Assembly: GCF_058153355.1 (NCBI RefSeq)
Contig: NZ_CM177019.1
Strand: one strand, 5' to 3'
DNA: 64,000 nt
Position numbers and translations under genes: made by a program
The notes under the pieces: model-generated
What the model was told of the DNA's origin: nothing
The model's database searches: none
What the model saw: only the letters and a program-made list of their open reading frames with translations
Shown here: positions 54,610-64,000 of the stretch, one piece after another
Position numbering within the stretch: the first letter of the stretch is position 1
Layout: every line of letters begins with the position of its first letter

Positions 54610-54992
54610 ACGAGGACTCCTGCGAGAAGTGAAAGCACGACAGTAATAACAAAGGAGATTTTGGCGGAGCGTTTACCCGCTTCGAATGTTTCTTCCAGAT
54701 AGCCAAAATCCATCATCATGTGGCGAATACCTACGACGACGTGATATGCCAGAGCGGTAAGAATGCCCCACATGATAAATTTGACGAAGAAGCTGCCCAT
54801 AATCGCGGAAGCTTGCTCGAAACCTTCAGGGGAAGAGAGGCTGGTACCCAGAAGCCACAGCAGGATGCCCACTGCAACAAAGGTGATCACACCGGAAACG
54901 CGATGGAGAATGGACGCTATCGCCGTGACGGGGAACCGGATGGTCTGTAGGTCCAGATTAACAGGTCTTTGTTTTTTCACATTTCTTATCAT
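54603..54992 (-). CDS. sdhC: succinate dehydrogenase cytochrome b556 subunit
   Basis: ORF 54603..55007; start at internal Met ([15 protein letters not shown]...) giving 129 aa. Confidence 0.9.
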
Positions 54993-55701
54993 GAATAACG
55001 CCCACATGCTGTTCTTATTATTCCCTTTGGACTACAGGCACAGATGTTAATGTTCTGTTACCAGGAGACATTGGGATTTCCTTTCTCCGGTCTGCTTGCG
55101 GGTCAGACAGCGTCCTTATCTATAACCACGAGTCATATAAAACACTGCTTCCAGATGTTAAAACGACACGCCAAAACGCTGGGTGGCTCGGGATTGCAGG
55201 GGATTCCGAAGACCTGGCGGCAGTATAGGCTGTTCACAAAATCATTACAATTAACCTACATATAGTTTGTCGGGTTTTATCCCGAACAGTGATCTGGGTC
55301 ACGATAACAACATTTATTTAATTTTTAATCATCTAATTTGACAATCATTCAACAAAGTTGTTACAAACATCACTAGGAAAAGCATATAATGCGTAAAAGT
55401 TATGAAGTCAGTATTTCACCTAAGATTAACTTATGTAACAGTGTGGAAGTATTGACCAATTCATTCGGGACAGTTATTAGTGGTAGACAAGTTTAATAAT
55501 TCGGATTGCTAAGTACTTGATTCGCCATTTATTCGTCATCAATGGATCCTTTACCTGCAAGCGCCCAGAGCTCTGTACCCAGGTTTTCCCCTCTTTCACA
55601 GAGCGGCGAGCCAAATAACAAACGGGTAAAGCCAGGTTGATGTGCGAAGGCAAATTTAAGTTCCGGCAGTCTTACGCAATAAGGCGCTAAGGAGACCTTA
55701 A

Positions 55702-56985
55702 ATGGCTGATACAAAAGCAAAACTCACCCTCAACGGGGATACAGCTGTTGAACTGGATGTGCTGAAAGGCACGCTGGGTCAAGACGTTATTGATATCCGT
55801 ACTCTCGGTTCAAAAGGTGTGTTCACCTTTGACCCAGGCTTCACTTCAACCGCATCCTGCGAATCTAAAATTACTTTTATTGATGGTGATGAAGGTATTT
55901 TGCTGCACCGCGGTTTCCCGATCGATCAGCTGGCGACCGATTCTAACTACCTGGAAGTTTGTTACATCCTGCTGAATGGTGAAAAACCAACTCAGGAACA
56001 GTATGACGAATTTAAAACGACGGTGACCCGTCATACCATGATCCACGAGCAGATTACCCGTCTGTTCCATGCTTTCCGTCGTGACTCGCACCCTATGGCA
56101 GTCATGTGTGGTATTACCGGCGCGCTGGCGGCGTTCTATCACGACTCGCTGGATGTTAACAATCCTCGTCATCGTGAAATTGCCGCGTTCCGCCTGCTGT
56201 CAAAAATGCCGACCATGGCCGCGATGTGTTACAAGTATTCCATTGGTCAGCCATTCGTTTACCCGCGCAACGATCTCTCCTATGCCGGTAACTTCCTGAA
56301 TATGATGTTCTCCACGCCGTGCGAACCGTATGAAGTCAACCCGATTCTGGAACGTGCTATGGACCGTATTCTGATCCTGCACGCTGACCATGAACAGAAC
56401 GCCTCTACCTCCACCGTGCGTACCGCTGGCTCTTCGGGGGCGAACCCGTTTGCCTGTATCGCAGCAGGTATTGCTTCACTGTGGGGACCTGCGCACGGTG
56501 GTGCTAACGAAGCAGCGCTGAAAATGCTGGAAGAAATCAGCTCCGTTAAACACATTCCGGAATTTGTTCGTCGTGCGAAAGACAAGAATGACTCTTTCCG
56601 CCTGATGGGCTTCGGTCACCGCGTGTACAAAAACTACGACCCGCGCGCCACCGTCATGCGTGAAACCTGCCACGAAGTCCTGAAAGAGCTGGGCACGAAG
56701 GATGACCTGCTGGAAGTAGCTATGGAGCTGGAAAATATCGCGCTGAACGATCCGTACTTTATTGAGAAAAAACTGTACCCTAACGTCGATTTCTACTCTG
56801 GTATCATCCTGAAAGCGATGGGTATTCCGTCTTCCATGTTCACCGTCATATTCGCTATGGCACGTACAGTTGGCTGGATCGCCCACTGGAGCGAAATGCA
56901 CAGTGACGGCATGAAGATTGCCCGTCCACGTCAGCTGTATACCGGCTATGAAAAACGCGATTTTAAAAGCGACATCAAACGTTAA
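55702..56985 (+). CDS. gltA: citrate synthase
   Basis: 427-aa [38 protein letters not shown]...; divergent from sdhC across a ~700-bp control region. Confidence 0.95.
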   Translation: MADTKAKLTLNGDTAVELDVLKGTLGQDVIDIRTLGSKGVFTFDPGFTSTASCESKITFIDGDEGILLHRGFPIDQLATDSNYLEVCYILLNGEKPTQEQYDEFKTTVTRHTMIHEQITRLFHAFRRDSHPMAVMCGITGALAAFYHDSLDVNNPRHREIAAFRLLSKMPTMAAMCYKYSIGQPFVYPRNDLSYAGNFLNMMFSTPCEPYEVNPILERAMDRILILHADHEQNASTSTVRTAGSSGANPFACIAAGIASLWGPAHGGANEAALKMLEEISSVKHIPEFVRRAKDKNDSFRLMGFGHRVYKNYDPRATVMRETCHEVLKELGTKDDLLEVAMELENIALNDPYFIEKKLYPNVDFYSGIILKAMGIPSSMFTVIFAMARTVGWIAHWSEMHSDGMKIARPRQLYTGYEKRDFKSDIKR

Positions 56986-57014
56986 CTGCTGATTCCTAAG
57001 CAGTAAATTCTGTT

Positions 57015-57045
57015 AACCCGCCTTTAAAAGGCGGGTTAATTTTTA
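57015..57045 (+). terminator. rho-independent terminator after gltA
   Basis: aacccgcc-tttaaaag-gcgggtt hairpin followed by aattttta. Confidence 0.65.
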
Positions 57046-57376
57046 TCTACCTGAACACAAAAAAATGTAAAAATAAAATTAATTAACCGGCTGACATTAA
57101 TATTGCAAAATAATAGAATTGTTCATTTTATCGGCAAAATAATAAGTTTTAATTAAGGTATCTGCTTTTAGTTACATTTATAACCTCATGAAAATGAGGT
57201 ATATCTCTCTCATTCCCCCGATAACATTCATTAAATTATTAATTCATCACATCAATTAGTTAACCTTGCATTTAATATAATTAATAATATTTTTAAGTAA
57301 AACTAAAAACATTCGACAATCAAATAAGATATTCTGATATCGCTATACTTTTTCTATTTCTGTAAAGGACTCAGTT

Positions 57377-57943
57377 ATGTTTAAAGGACAAAAAACATTG
57401 GCCGCATTGGCCGTATCTCTGTTATTCACTGCACCGGTTTATGCAGCTGATGAAGGTTCTGGTGAAATTCACTTTAAAGGTGAGGTTATAGAAGCACCAT
57501 GTGAAATACATCATGATGATATTGATAAAGAAATTGAGCTAGGTCAGGTGACCACCAGCCACATTAATCAGTCTCATCACAGCGATGCGGTTGCTGTCGA
57601 CCTGCGTTTAATCAACTGCGACCTGGAAAACTCTAATAACGGTTCCGGTGGCAAGATTTCTAAAGTCGCGGTCACCTTCGATAGCTCAGCGAAAACCACT
57701 GGCGCAGATCCGATACTCAACAATACCAGCACTGGCGAAGCCACCGGTGTCGGCGTGCGTTTAATGAATAAGGATCAAAGCAATATCATTTTAGGCACTG
57801 CTTCTCCGGATATCGACCTCGCACCAACGTCCAGTGAACAAACACTGAACTTCTTTGCCTGGATGGAACAAATTGATCAAGCGACACCAGTAACGGCAGG
57901 GGCTGTTACAGCGAATGCAACCTACGTACTGGATTATAAATAA
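57377..57943 (+). CDS. ybgD: fimbrial major subunit-like protein
   Basis: 188-aa ORF with signal peptide (MFKGQKTLAALAVSLLFTAPVYA) and type 1 pilin-like features; first gene of a chaperone-usher operon. Confidence 0.8.
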   Translation: MFKGQKTLAALAVSLLFTAPVYAADEGSGEIHFKGEVIEAPCEIHHDDIDKEIELGQVTTSHINQSHHSDAVAVDLRLINCDLENSNNGSGGKISKVAVTFDSSAKTTGADPILNNTSTGEATGVGVRLMNKDQSNIILGTASPDIDLAPTSSEQTLNFFAWMEQIDQATPVTAGAVTANATYVLDYK

Positions 57944-57992
57944 GCGTTATTGGGCGGCATCACTGCCGCCTTTCTTAAAATATTTATCTGGT

Positions 57993-60452
57993 ATGGACAC
58001 CGTGAATATTTATCGACTCTCTTTTGTATCCTGCCTGGTCATGGCGATGCCTTCCGCCATGGCGGTTGAATTCAACCTGAATGTCCTCGACAAATCGATG
58101 CGTGAGCGCATTGATATTTCATTATTAAAGGAAAAAGGTGTCATTGCTCCCGGTGAATATTTTGTCAGCATTGCGGTAAATAATAACCAAATCAGTAATG
58201 GGCAAAAAATTAACTGGCAAAAAAAGGGTGACAATACCATTCCGTGCATCAATGATTTATTGGTCGATAAATTTGGCTTAAAACCTGAAGTCCGTCAGTC
58301 GTTACCCCTGATTAATCAGTGCGTCGATTTTAGCTCCCGACCAGAAATGCTCTTCAATTTTGATCAGGCCAGTCAGCAACTGAATATCACCATCCCACAG
58401 GCCTGGCTGGCGTGGCACTCAGATAACTGGACTCCACCCTCCACATGGAAAGAAGGTGTCCCCGGTGTCCTGATGGATTACAACTTGTTTGCCAGCAGCT
58501 ACCGCCCACAGGATGGCAGCAGCAGCACTAATCTTAACGCCTACGGAACAGCCGGAATTAACGCGGGGGCATGGCGCTTACGCAGTGACTATCAGTTGAA
58601 TCAAAATGATGGCGATGATAACCATGAGCAGTCAGGCGAAATATCACGTACCTATCTTTTTCGCCCGCTACCGCAATTAGGTTCAAAATTAACCCTCGGC
58701 GAAACGGATTTTAGTTCCAATATTTTCGACGGTTTTTCTTATACCGGCGCGGCACTGGCGAGTGACGACCGGATGTTACCGTGGGAACTGCGCGGCTACG
58801 CTCCACAAATTAGCGGTATTGCACAAACCAATGCCACGGTGACGATCAGTCAATCAGGCCGCGTCATCTACCAGAAAAAAGTCCCGCCAGGCCCGTTTAT
58901 CATTGATGATCTGAATCAGTCCGTCCAGGGGACGCTGGATGTCAAAGTGACGGAAGAAGATGGTCGGGTGAACAATTTCCAGGTTTCGGCAGCATCGACG
59001 CCTTTCCTTACGCGCCAGGGGCAGGTTCGCTATAAACTTGCTGCCGGTCAGCCGCGAACATCTATGTCTCATCAAACTGAAAATGAAACCTTTTTTAGCA
59101 ATGAAGTTTCCTGGGGGATGCTGTCAAATACCTCGCTGTACGGCGGCCTGCTGATTTCGGGTGACGACTACCATTCTGCCGCAATGGGTATCGGGCAAAA
59201 TATGCTCTGGCTTGGTGCATTGTCGTTTGATGTCACCTGGGCCAGTAGTCAGTTTGATACTCAGCAGGACGAGCGGGGCTTAAGTTACCGCTTTAATTAC
59301 AGCAAACAAGTGGATGCCACTAACAGCACGATTTCGCTCGCCGCTTATCGCTTCTCAGATCGTCATTTTCACAGCTACGCCAACTATCTGGATCACAAAT
59401 ACAACGACAACGATGCGCAGGACGAAAAACAGACGATCAGCTTATCCGTGGGGCAACCGATTACCCCACTGAACCTCAATCTGTACGCCAACCTGCTGCA
59501 TCAAACCTGGTGGAATGCAGACGCCTCCACGACCGCCAACATCACGGCGGGTTTTAATGTTGATATTGGTAACTGGAGAGATATCTCGATCTCGACGTCA
59601 TTCAATACAACCCATTACGAAGATAAAGATCGCGACAACCAGATTTACCTGTCGATTTCGCTTCCCTTCGGTAACGGTGGTCGGGTCGGTTATGACATGC
59701 AAAACAGTAGCCACAGCACCACACACCGCATGTCGTGGAACGATACGCTGGATGAACGAAATAGCTGGGGGATGTCTGCTGGACTACAATCCGACCGTCC
59801 GGACAATGGAGCCCAGGTGAGCGGTAACTATCAGCACCTGAGTACAGCGGGTGAGTGGGATCTTTCTGGTACTTATGCTGCCAATGACTACAGTTCTGTT
59901 AGCAGCAGCTGGAGTGGTTCTTTCACGGCGACGCAATATGGTGCAGCCTTCCATCGCCGCAGCTCCACCAATGAACCACGCCTGATGGTCAGCACCGATG
60001 GCGTGGCAGATATTCCGGTTCAGGGCAATCTCGACTACACCAACCATTTTGGCATTGCAGTGGTACCGCTGGTTTCCAGTTATCAACCTTCCACCGTGGC
60101 CGTGAACATGAACGACTTACCCGACGGCGTGACGGTGACAGAAAACGTCATCAAAGAAACGTGGATTGAAGGCGCAATAGGTTACAAATCACTGGCATCC
60201 CGTTCCGGTAAAGACATTAACGTCATCATTCGCAACGCCAGCGGTCAGTTCCCTCCCCTCGGTGCGGATATCCGTCAGGATGGCAGCAGCATTAGCGTGG
60301 GGATGGTTGGCGAGGAAGGACACGCCTGGTTAAGCGGAGTCGCTGAAAATCAAAAGTTTACCGTGATCTGGGGTGATAGTCAGCGTTGCTCGATCCATCT
60401 TCCTGAACATATGGAAGACACCGCAAATCGCCTGATTTTACCTTGTCATTAA
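57993..60452 (+). CDS. ybgQ: fimbrial outer-membrane usher
   Basis: ORF 57915..60452; start placed at ATG 57993 (MDTVNIYRLSFVSCLVMAMPSAMA signal peptide); start is uncertain. Confidence 0.8.
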   Translation: MDTVNIYRLSFVSCLVMAMPSAMAVEFNLNVLDKSMRERIDISLLKEKGVIAPGEYFVSIAVNNNQISNGQKINWQKKGDNTIPCINDLLVDKFGLKPEVRQSLPLINQCVDFSSRPEMLFNFDQASQQLNITIPQAWLAWHSDNWTPPSTWKEGVPGVLMDYNLFASSYRPQDGSSSTNLNAYGTAGINAGAWRLRSDYQLNQNDGDDNHEQSGEISRTYLFRPLPQLGSKLTLGETDFSSNIFDGFSYTGAALASDDRMLPWELRGYAPQISGIAQTNATVTISQSGRVIYQKKVPPGPFIIDDLNQSVQGTLDVKVTEEDGRVNNFQVSAASTPFLTRQGQVRYKLAAGQPRTSMSHQTENETFFSNEVSWGMLSNTSLYGGLLISGDDYHSAAMGIGQNMLWLGALSFDVTWASSQFDTQQDERGLSYRFNYSKQVDATNSTISLAAYRFSDRHFHSYANYLDHKYNDNDAQDEKQTISLSVGQPITPLNLNLYANLLHQTWWNADASTTANITAGFNVDIGNWRDISISTSFNTTHYEDKDRDNQIYLSISLPFGNGGRVGYDMQNSSHSTTHRMSWNDTLDERNSWGMSAGLQSDRPDNGAQVSGNYQHLSTAGEWDLSGTYAANDYSSVSSSWSGSFTATQYGAAFHRRSSTNEPRLMVSTDGVADIPVQGNLDYTNHFGIAVVPLVSSYQPSTVAVNMNDLPDGVTVTENVIKETWIEGAIGYKSLASRSGKDINVIIRNASGQFPPLGADIRQDGSSISVGMVGEEGHAWLSGVAENQKFTVIWGDSQRCSIHLPEHMEDTANRLILPCH

Positions 60453-60466
60453 TTAAGGAAATGAAA

Positions 60467-61198
60467 ATGACATTTATGAAAGGACTTCCCCTTTTGTTGT
60501 TGGTTACCAGTCTGTGTAGCCACGCTGCACTACAACCCGACCGCACTCGCATTGTGTTTAACGCTAATGATAAAGCTACCAGTCTGCGAGTAGATAATCG
60601 TAGCGATAAACTCCCCTACCTCGCTTATTCCTGGCTCGAAAATGAAAAAGGGGAGAAAAGCGACGATCTTCTGGTCGCCCTGCCACCGATACAACGTCTG
60701 GAACCGAAAGCAACAACGCAGGTGCGGATAGTCAAGCAAGCCTCGACCGCGAAATTACCGGGCGATCGCGAAACGCTATTTTTCTACAATATGCGTGAAA
60801 TTCCTCCCGCCCCGGAAAAAAACAGCGACCATGCCGTTCTGCAAGTCGCCATCCAGAGCCGTATCAAGGTGTTCTGGCGACCGTCTGCATTACGCAAGAA
60901 AACAGGAGAAAAGGTCGAACTGCAGTTACAGGTCAGCCAGCAGGGCAATCAGCTTAGCTTAAAAAACCCTACTGGCTATTATCTGACCATCGCGTATCTT
61001 GGGCGAAATGAGCAAAGCGTTCTCCCGGGCTTCAAAACTGTGATGATTGCGCCTTTTAGTACAGTAAGCACAACCACTGGAAATTATAGTGGCAGCCAGT
61101 TTTATCTCGGTTATATGGATGATTATGGCGCATTACGCATGACAACGCTCAACTGTAACGGGCAATGCCGTTTACAGGCTGTGGAGGCGAAGAAATGA
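60467..61198 (+). CDS. ybgP: fimbrial periplasmic chaperone (PapD-like)
   Basis: ORF 60443..61198; start at ATG 60467 (AAGGA 7 nt upstream; [20 protein letters not shown] signal peptide). Confidence 0.8.
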   Translation: MTFMKGLPLLLLVTSLCSHAALQPDRTRIVFNANDKATSLRVDNRSDKLPYLAYSWLENEKGEKSDDLLVALPPIQRLEPKATTQVRIVKQASTAKLPGDRETLFFYNMREIPPAPEKNSDHAVLQVAIQSRIKVFWRPSALRKKTGEKVELQLQVSQQGNQLSLKNPTGYYLTIAYLGRNEQSVLPGFKTVMIAPFSTVSTTTGNYSGSQFYLGYMDDYGALRMTTLNCNGQCRLQAVEAKK

Positions 61199-62256
61199 GT
61201 GCTGGCAAGGGATTGTTGCTCATCATCTGTCTGTTATTTCTACCGTTAAAATCTGCGCTTGCCCTGAACTGTTACTTTGGTTCATCCGGTGGTTCGGTAG
61301 AAAAATCGGAATCTATTCAACCATTTGCTGTACCAGGGAATGCCAAACCCGGCGATAAGATCTGGGAGTCTGACGATATTAAAATTCCCGTCTATTGTGA
61401 CAACAATACCAACGGCAACTTTGAGAGCGAGCATGTCTACGCCTGGGTAAACCCGTACCCGGGAATTCAGGATCGCTATTATCAACTCGGCGTAACTTAC
61501 AATGGTGTTGATTATGATGCTAACCAGGGAAAAAGCCGCATCGACACTAACCAGTGCATCGACAGCAAAAACATTAATATTTATACCCCTGAGCAGATCA
61601 TCGCGATGGGATGGCAGAACAAAATTTGCTCTGGTGATCCCAATAATATTCATATGTCGCGTACGTTTCTCGCTCGCATGCGGTTATACGTCAAGATACG
61701 AGAGATACCGCCGCATGATTATCAAAGCACGCTCAGCGATTACATTGTGGTGCAATTTGATGGCGAAGGAAGCGTTAATGAGGACCCAACCGCCCAAAAC
61801 CTGAAATATCATATTACCGGTCTGGAAAACATTCGGGTATTGGATTGCAGCGTCAATTTTTCTATTACCCCAGCCAACCAGGTCATTGATTTTGGTAAAT
61901 TTAATGTACTGGATATCCGGCGACACAACATGACAAAAACATTCGGTATTAAAACGACAAAATCACAAAACGATCAATGTACCGACGGATTCAAAGTCAG
62001 CTCCTCGTTTTATACCGAAGAAACGTTGGTTGAAGAAGATAAAGCATTGCTGATTGGTAATGGTCTGAAGCTACGTTTACTGGATGAAAACGCCTCGCCC
62101 TATACCTTCAACAAATACAGCGAATATGCCGACTTCACCAGTGACATGCTGATCTACGAAAAAACCTATACGGCTGAACTTTCGTCTATTCCCGGCACTC
62201 CCATTGAGGCTGGCTCCTTCGATACCGTGGTGCTTTTTAAGATTAACTATAACTAA
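61195..62256 (+). CDS. ybgO: fimbrial adhesin/minor subunit-like protein
   Basis: ORF 61165..62256; start at ATG 61195 (GGAGG 7 nt upstream; [23 protein letters not shown]) giving 353 aa. Confidence 0.75.
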   Translation: MSAGKGLLLIICLLFLPLKSALALNCYFGSSGGSVEKSESIQPFAVPGNAKPGDKIWESDDIKIPVYCDNNTNGNFESEHVYAWVNPYPGIQDRYYQLGVTYNGVDYDANQGKSRIDTNQCIDSKNINIYTPEQIIAMGWQNKICSGDPNNIHMSRTFLARMRLYVKIREIPPHDYQSTLSDYIVVQFDGEGSVNEDPTAQNLKYHITGLENIRVLDCSVNFSITPANQVIDFGKFNVLDIRRHNMTKTFGIKTTKSQNDQCTDGFKVSSSFYTEETLVEEDKALLIGNGLKLRLLDENASPYTFNKYSEYADFTSDMLIYEKTYTAELSSIPGTPIEAGSFDTVVLFKINYN

Positions 62257-62406
62257 TTTCCCATGATGCCCTTTGCAACCGAAAGGGCATCTCTTTCAGA
62301 AAATTGCTGATTTTCCCCTTTTCCTTGATTGCTGTTATTTTTTCCTGGCCCGGCTTTCTTTATGCTGTATCGATACACCAAAGAGAAAATAATGAGGAAG
62401 CGAAGG

Positions 62407-63453
62407 ATGCCAGTTTTGCAGTGGGGAATGTTATGTGTGCTTTCACTTCTCCTTTCTATTGGCTTCCTCGCGGTACATCTTCCGGCGGCACTATTACTTG
62501 GGCCAATGATCGCCGGAATCATCTTTAGTATGCGCGGAATTACTCTGCAACTTCCCCGATCCGCTTTTCTCGCCGCGCAGGCCATTCTTGGCTGCATGAT
62601 TGCGCAAAACCTGACCGGTTCGATCCTGACCACGCTAGCGGTGAACTGGCCGATTGTGTTAGCTATTTTACTGGTGACGTTACTTTCCAGCGCCGTCGTG
62701 GGTTGGTTATTGGTGCGCTATAGCTCACTGCCTGGAAATACCGGTGCCTGGGGTTCTTCTCCTGGCGGCGCGGCGGCAATGGTCGCTATGGCGCAAGATT
62801 ACGGCGCAGATATTCGCCTGGTGGCATTTATGCAATATCTGCGAGTGCTGTTCGTCGCGGGGGCCGCTGTTCTGGTCACCCGCATGATGCTGGGCGATAA
62901 CGCTGAAGCGGTTAACCAGCAGATCGTCTGGTTCCCGCCAGTGAGCATTAATCTCCTGCTTACGATTTTGCTCGCGGTCGCTGCCGGTACGGCGGGATGC
63001 TTGCTACGTCTTCCTTCCGGCACGATGCTCATCCCGATGCTGGCGGGCGCGCTGCTCCAGTCTGGTGAGTACATAACCATCGAACTACCGGAATGGCTTC
63101 TGGCGATAGCCTATATGGCAATTGGCTGGCGGATTGGTCTTGGTTTCGATAAACAAATATTACTGCGAGCATTGCGTCCACTGCCACAAATCCTGCTGTC
63201 GATTTTTGCTCTGCTGGCTATTTGTGCGGGTATGGCGTGGGGGCTGACCCGGTTTATGCATATTGATTTTATGACTGCCTACCTCGCCACCAGTCCCGGC
63301 GGGCTTGATACCGTGGCGGTCATCGCCGCAGGGAGCAATGCCGATATGGCGCTTATTATGGCGATGCAAACCCTACGCCTGTTCAGTATTTTGCTGACGG
63401 GGCCAGCCATTGCGCGGTTTATTTCAACCTATGCGCCGAAGCGGTCGGCCTAG
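62407..63453 (+). CDS. abrB: AbrB-family (AbrB duplication) membrane protein
   Basis: ORF 62329..63453 begins at TTG; start set at ATG 62407 ([16 protein letters not shown]...) giving 348 aa. Confidence 0.8.
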   Translation: MPVLQWGMLCVLSLLLSIGFLAVHLPAALLLGPMIAGIIFSMRGITLQLPRSAFLAAQAILGCMIAQNLTGSILTTLAVNWPIVLAILLVTLLSSAVVGWLLVRYSSLPGNTGAWGSSPGGAAAMVAMAQDYGADIRLVAFMQYLRVLFVAGAAVLVTRMMLGDNAEAVNQQIVWFPPVSINLLLTILLAVAAGTAGCLLRLPSGTMLIPMLAGALLQSGEYITIELPEWLLAIAYMAIGWRIGLGFDKQILLRALRPLPQILLSIFALLAICAGMAWGLTRFMHIDFMTAYLATSPGGLDTVAVIAAGSNADMALIMAMQTLRLFSILLTGPAIARFISTYAPKRSA

Positions 63454-64000
63454 TGCTGGCAGCCTGGACACCAGTAAAACGGGCGCGAGGACAACGTGGT
63501 TTTCTCAATGATGCTGCCACAACGTTCGCACGGTTCGCCATCACGATGAAAAACCTTAAAGCGAAACAGCGCCCCATGATGTTTATTCTCATCCACCTGC
63601 CCCCGCGTAGCGTAAGAAAGTCGAGGAATCTCCAGTAACGCGTGTGCGAGTGCATCCAGTTGCGCCGCATTGAGATCTTTCGCTTTATGATTGCCGGTTA
63701 ACCCCACCTGCCAGAGGATCTCCACCCGCAAATAATTGCCAAGCCCAGCCAGAAACGCCTGATCGAGTAGTAATCCAGCAAACTGACGGTTACGAAAGCG
63801 CGGCGACAATAACCGTTCTTTCACCATTTCCGGCGTCAGATTCGGGTCGAGTACATCGGGGCCAACGCGTTGTAAAAACGGATGCGTGGTCAGTTGTTCC
63901 GGAGTCAACATCTCAATATCCGAGGCGCTATAAAGTAGAATGGTTTTGTCGACAGTTTGCAGTTTTACCCGCAATACTCGCGTGGTCTGCGGCTCTTCGC
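63450..64000 (-). CDS. nei: endonuclease VIII, C-terminal part (gene continues past window end)
   Basis: Minus-strand ORF ending ...[11 protein letters not shown] (zinc finger) with the H2TH region; reading frame stays open to the window edge. Confidence 0.85.
   Translation of the reverse strand, partial: EEPQTTRVLRVKLQTVDKTILLYSASDIEMLTPEQLTTHPFLQRVGPDVLDPNLTPEMVKERLLSPRFRNRQFAGLLLDQAFLAGLGNYLRVEILWQVGLTGNHKAKDLNAAQLDALAHALLEIPRLSYATRGQVDENKHHGALFRFKVFHRDGEPCERCGSIIEKTTLSSRPFYWCPGCQH

Overview
This window reads as a contiguous Escherichia coli-type chromosomal segment: the ybhH/ybhD-pgl-ybhA-modCBA-acrZ-modEF-galETKM-gpmA-aroG-ybgS-zitB-pnuC-nadA-tRNA(Lys/Val)-cpoB-pal-tolBARQ-ybgC-ybgE-cydXBA core, then a ~15-kb accessory segment (about 29.9-44.9 kb), then sucDCBA-sdhBADC-gltA-ybgDQPO-abrB-nei. 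Gene identities rest on my recognition of the translated ORFs; no search was run. The accessory segment sits where I recall E. coli K-12 carrying mngR-mngA-mngB. It encodes a coenzyme-B12-dependent glutamate mutase (S, L and E components), methylaspartate ammonia-lyase, a DUF1446-like/DUF4387-like pair, a dicarboxylate/amino-acid:cation symporter-like transporter, a class I fumarase/mesaconase paralog, a cob(I)alamin adenosyltransferase, a LysR regulator divergent from an RtcB-family RNA ligase paralog, and two AT-rich ORFs that I cannot place. The glutamate mutase/methylaspartase/mesaconase core is, as far as I recall, already noted in O157:H7-type E. coli; the least explained parts are the AT-rich two-gene module, the DUF pair coupled to methylaspartase, and the LysR/RtcB-like pair. 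Other notable points are an apparent frameshift in ybhD at an A7 run, a Lys/Val tRNA array with six intact genes plus tRNA-3'-end-like spacer repeats and a decayed terminal copy, and tandem REP/BIME repeats in the suc/sdh intergenic regions. No CRISPR array, integrase, transposase or rRNA is evident.
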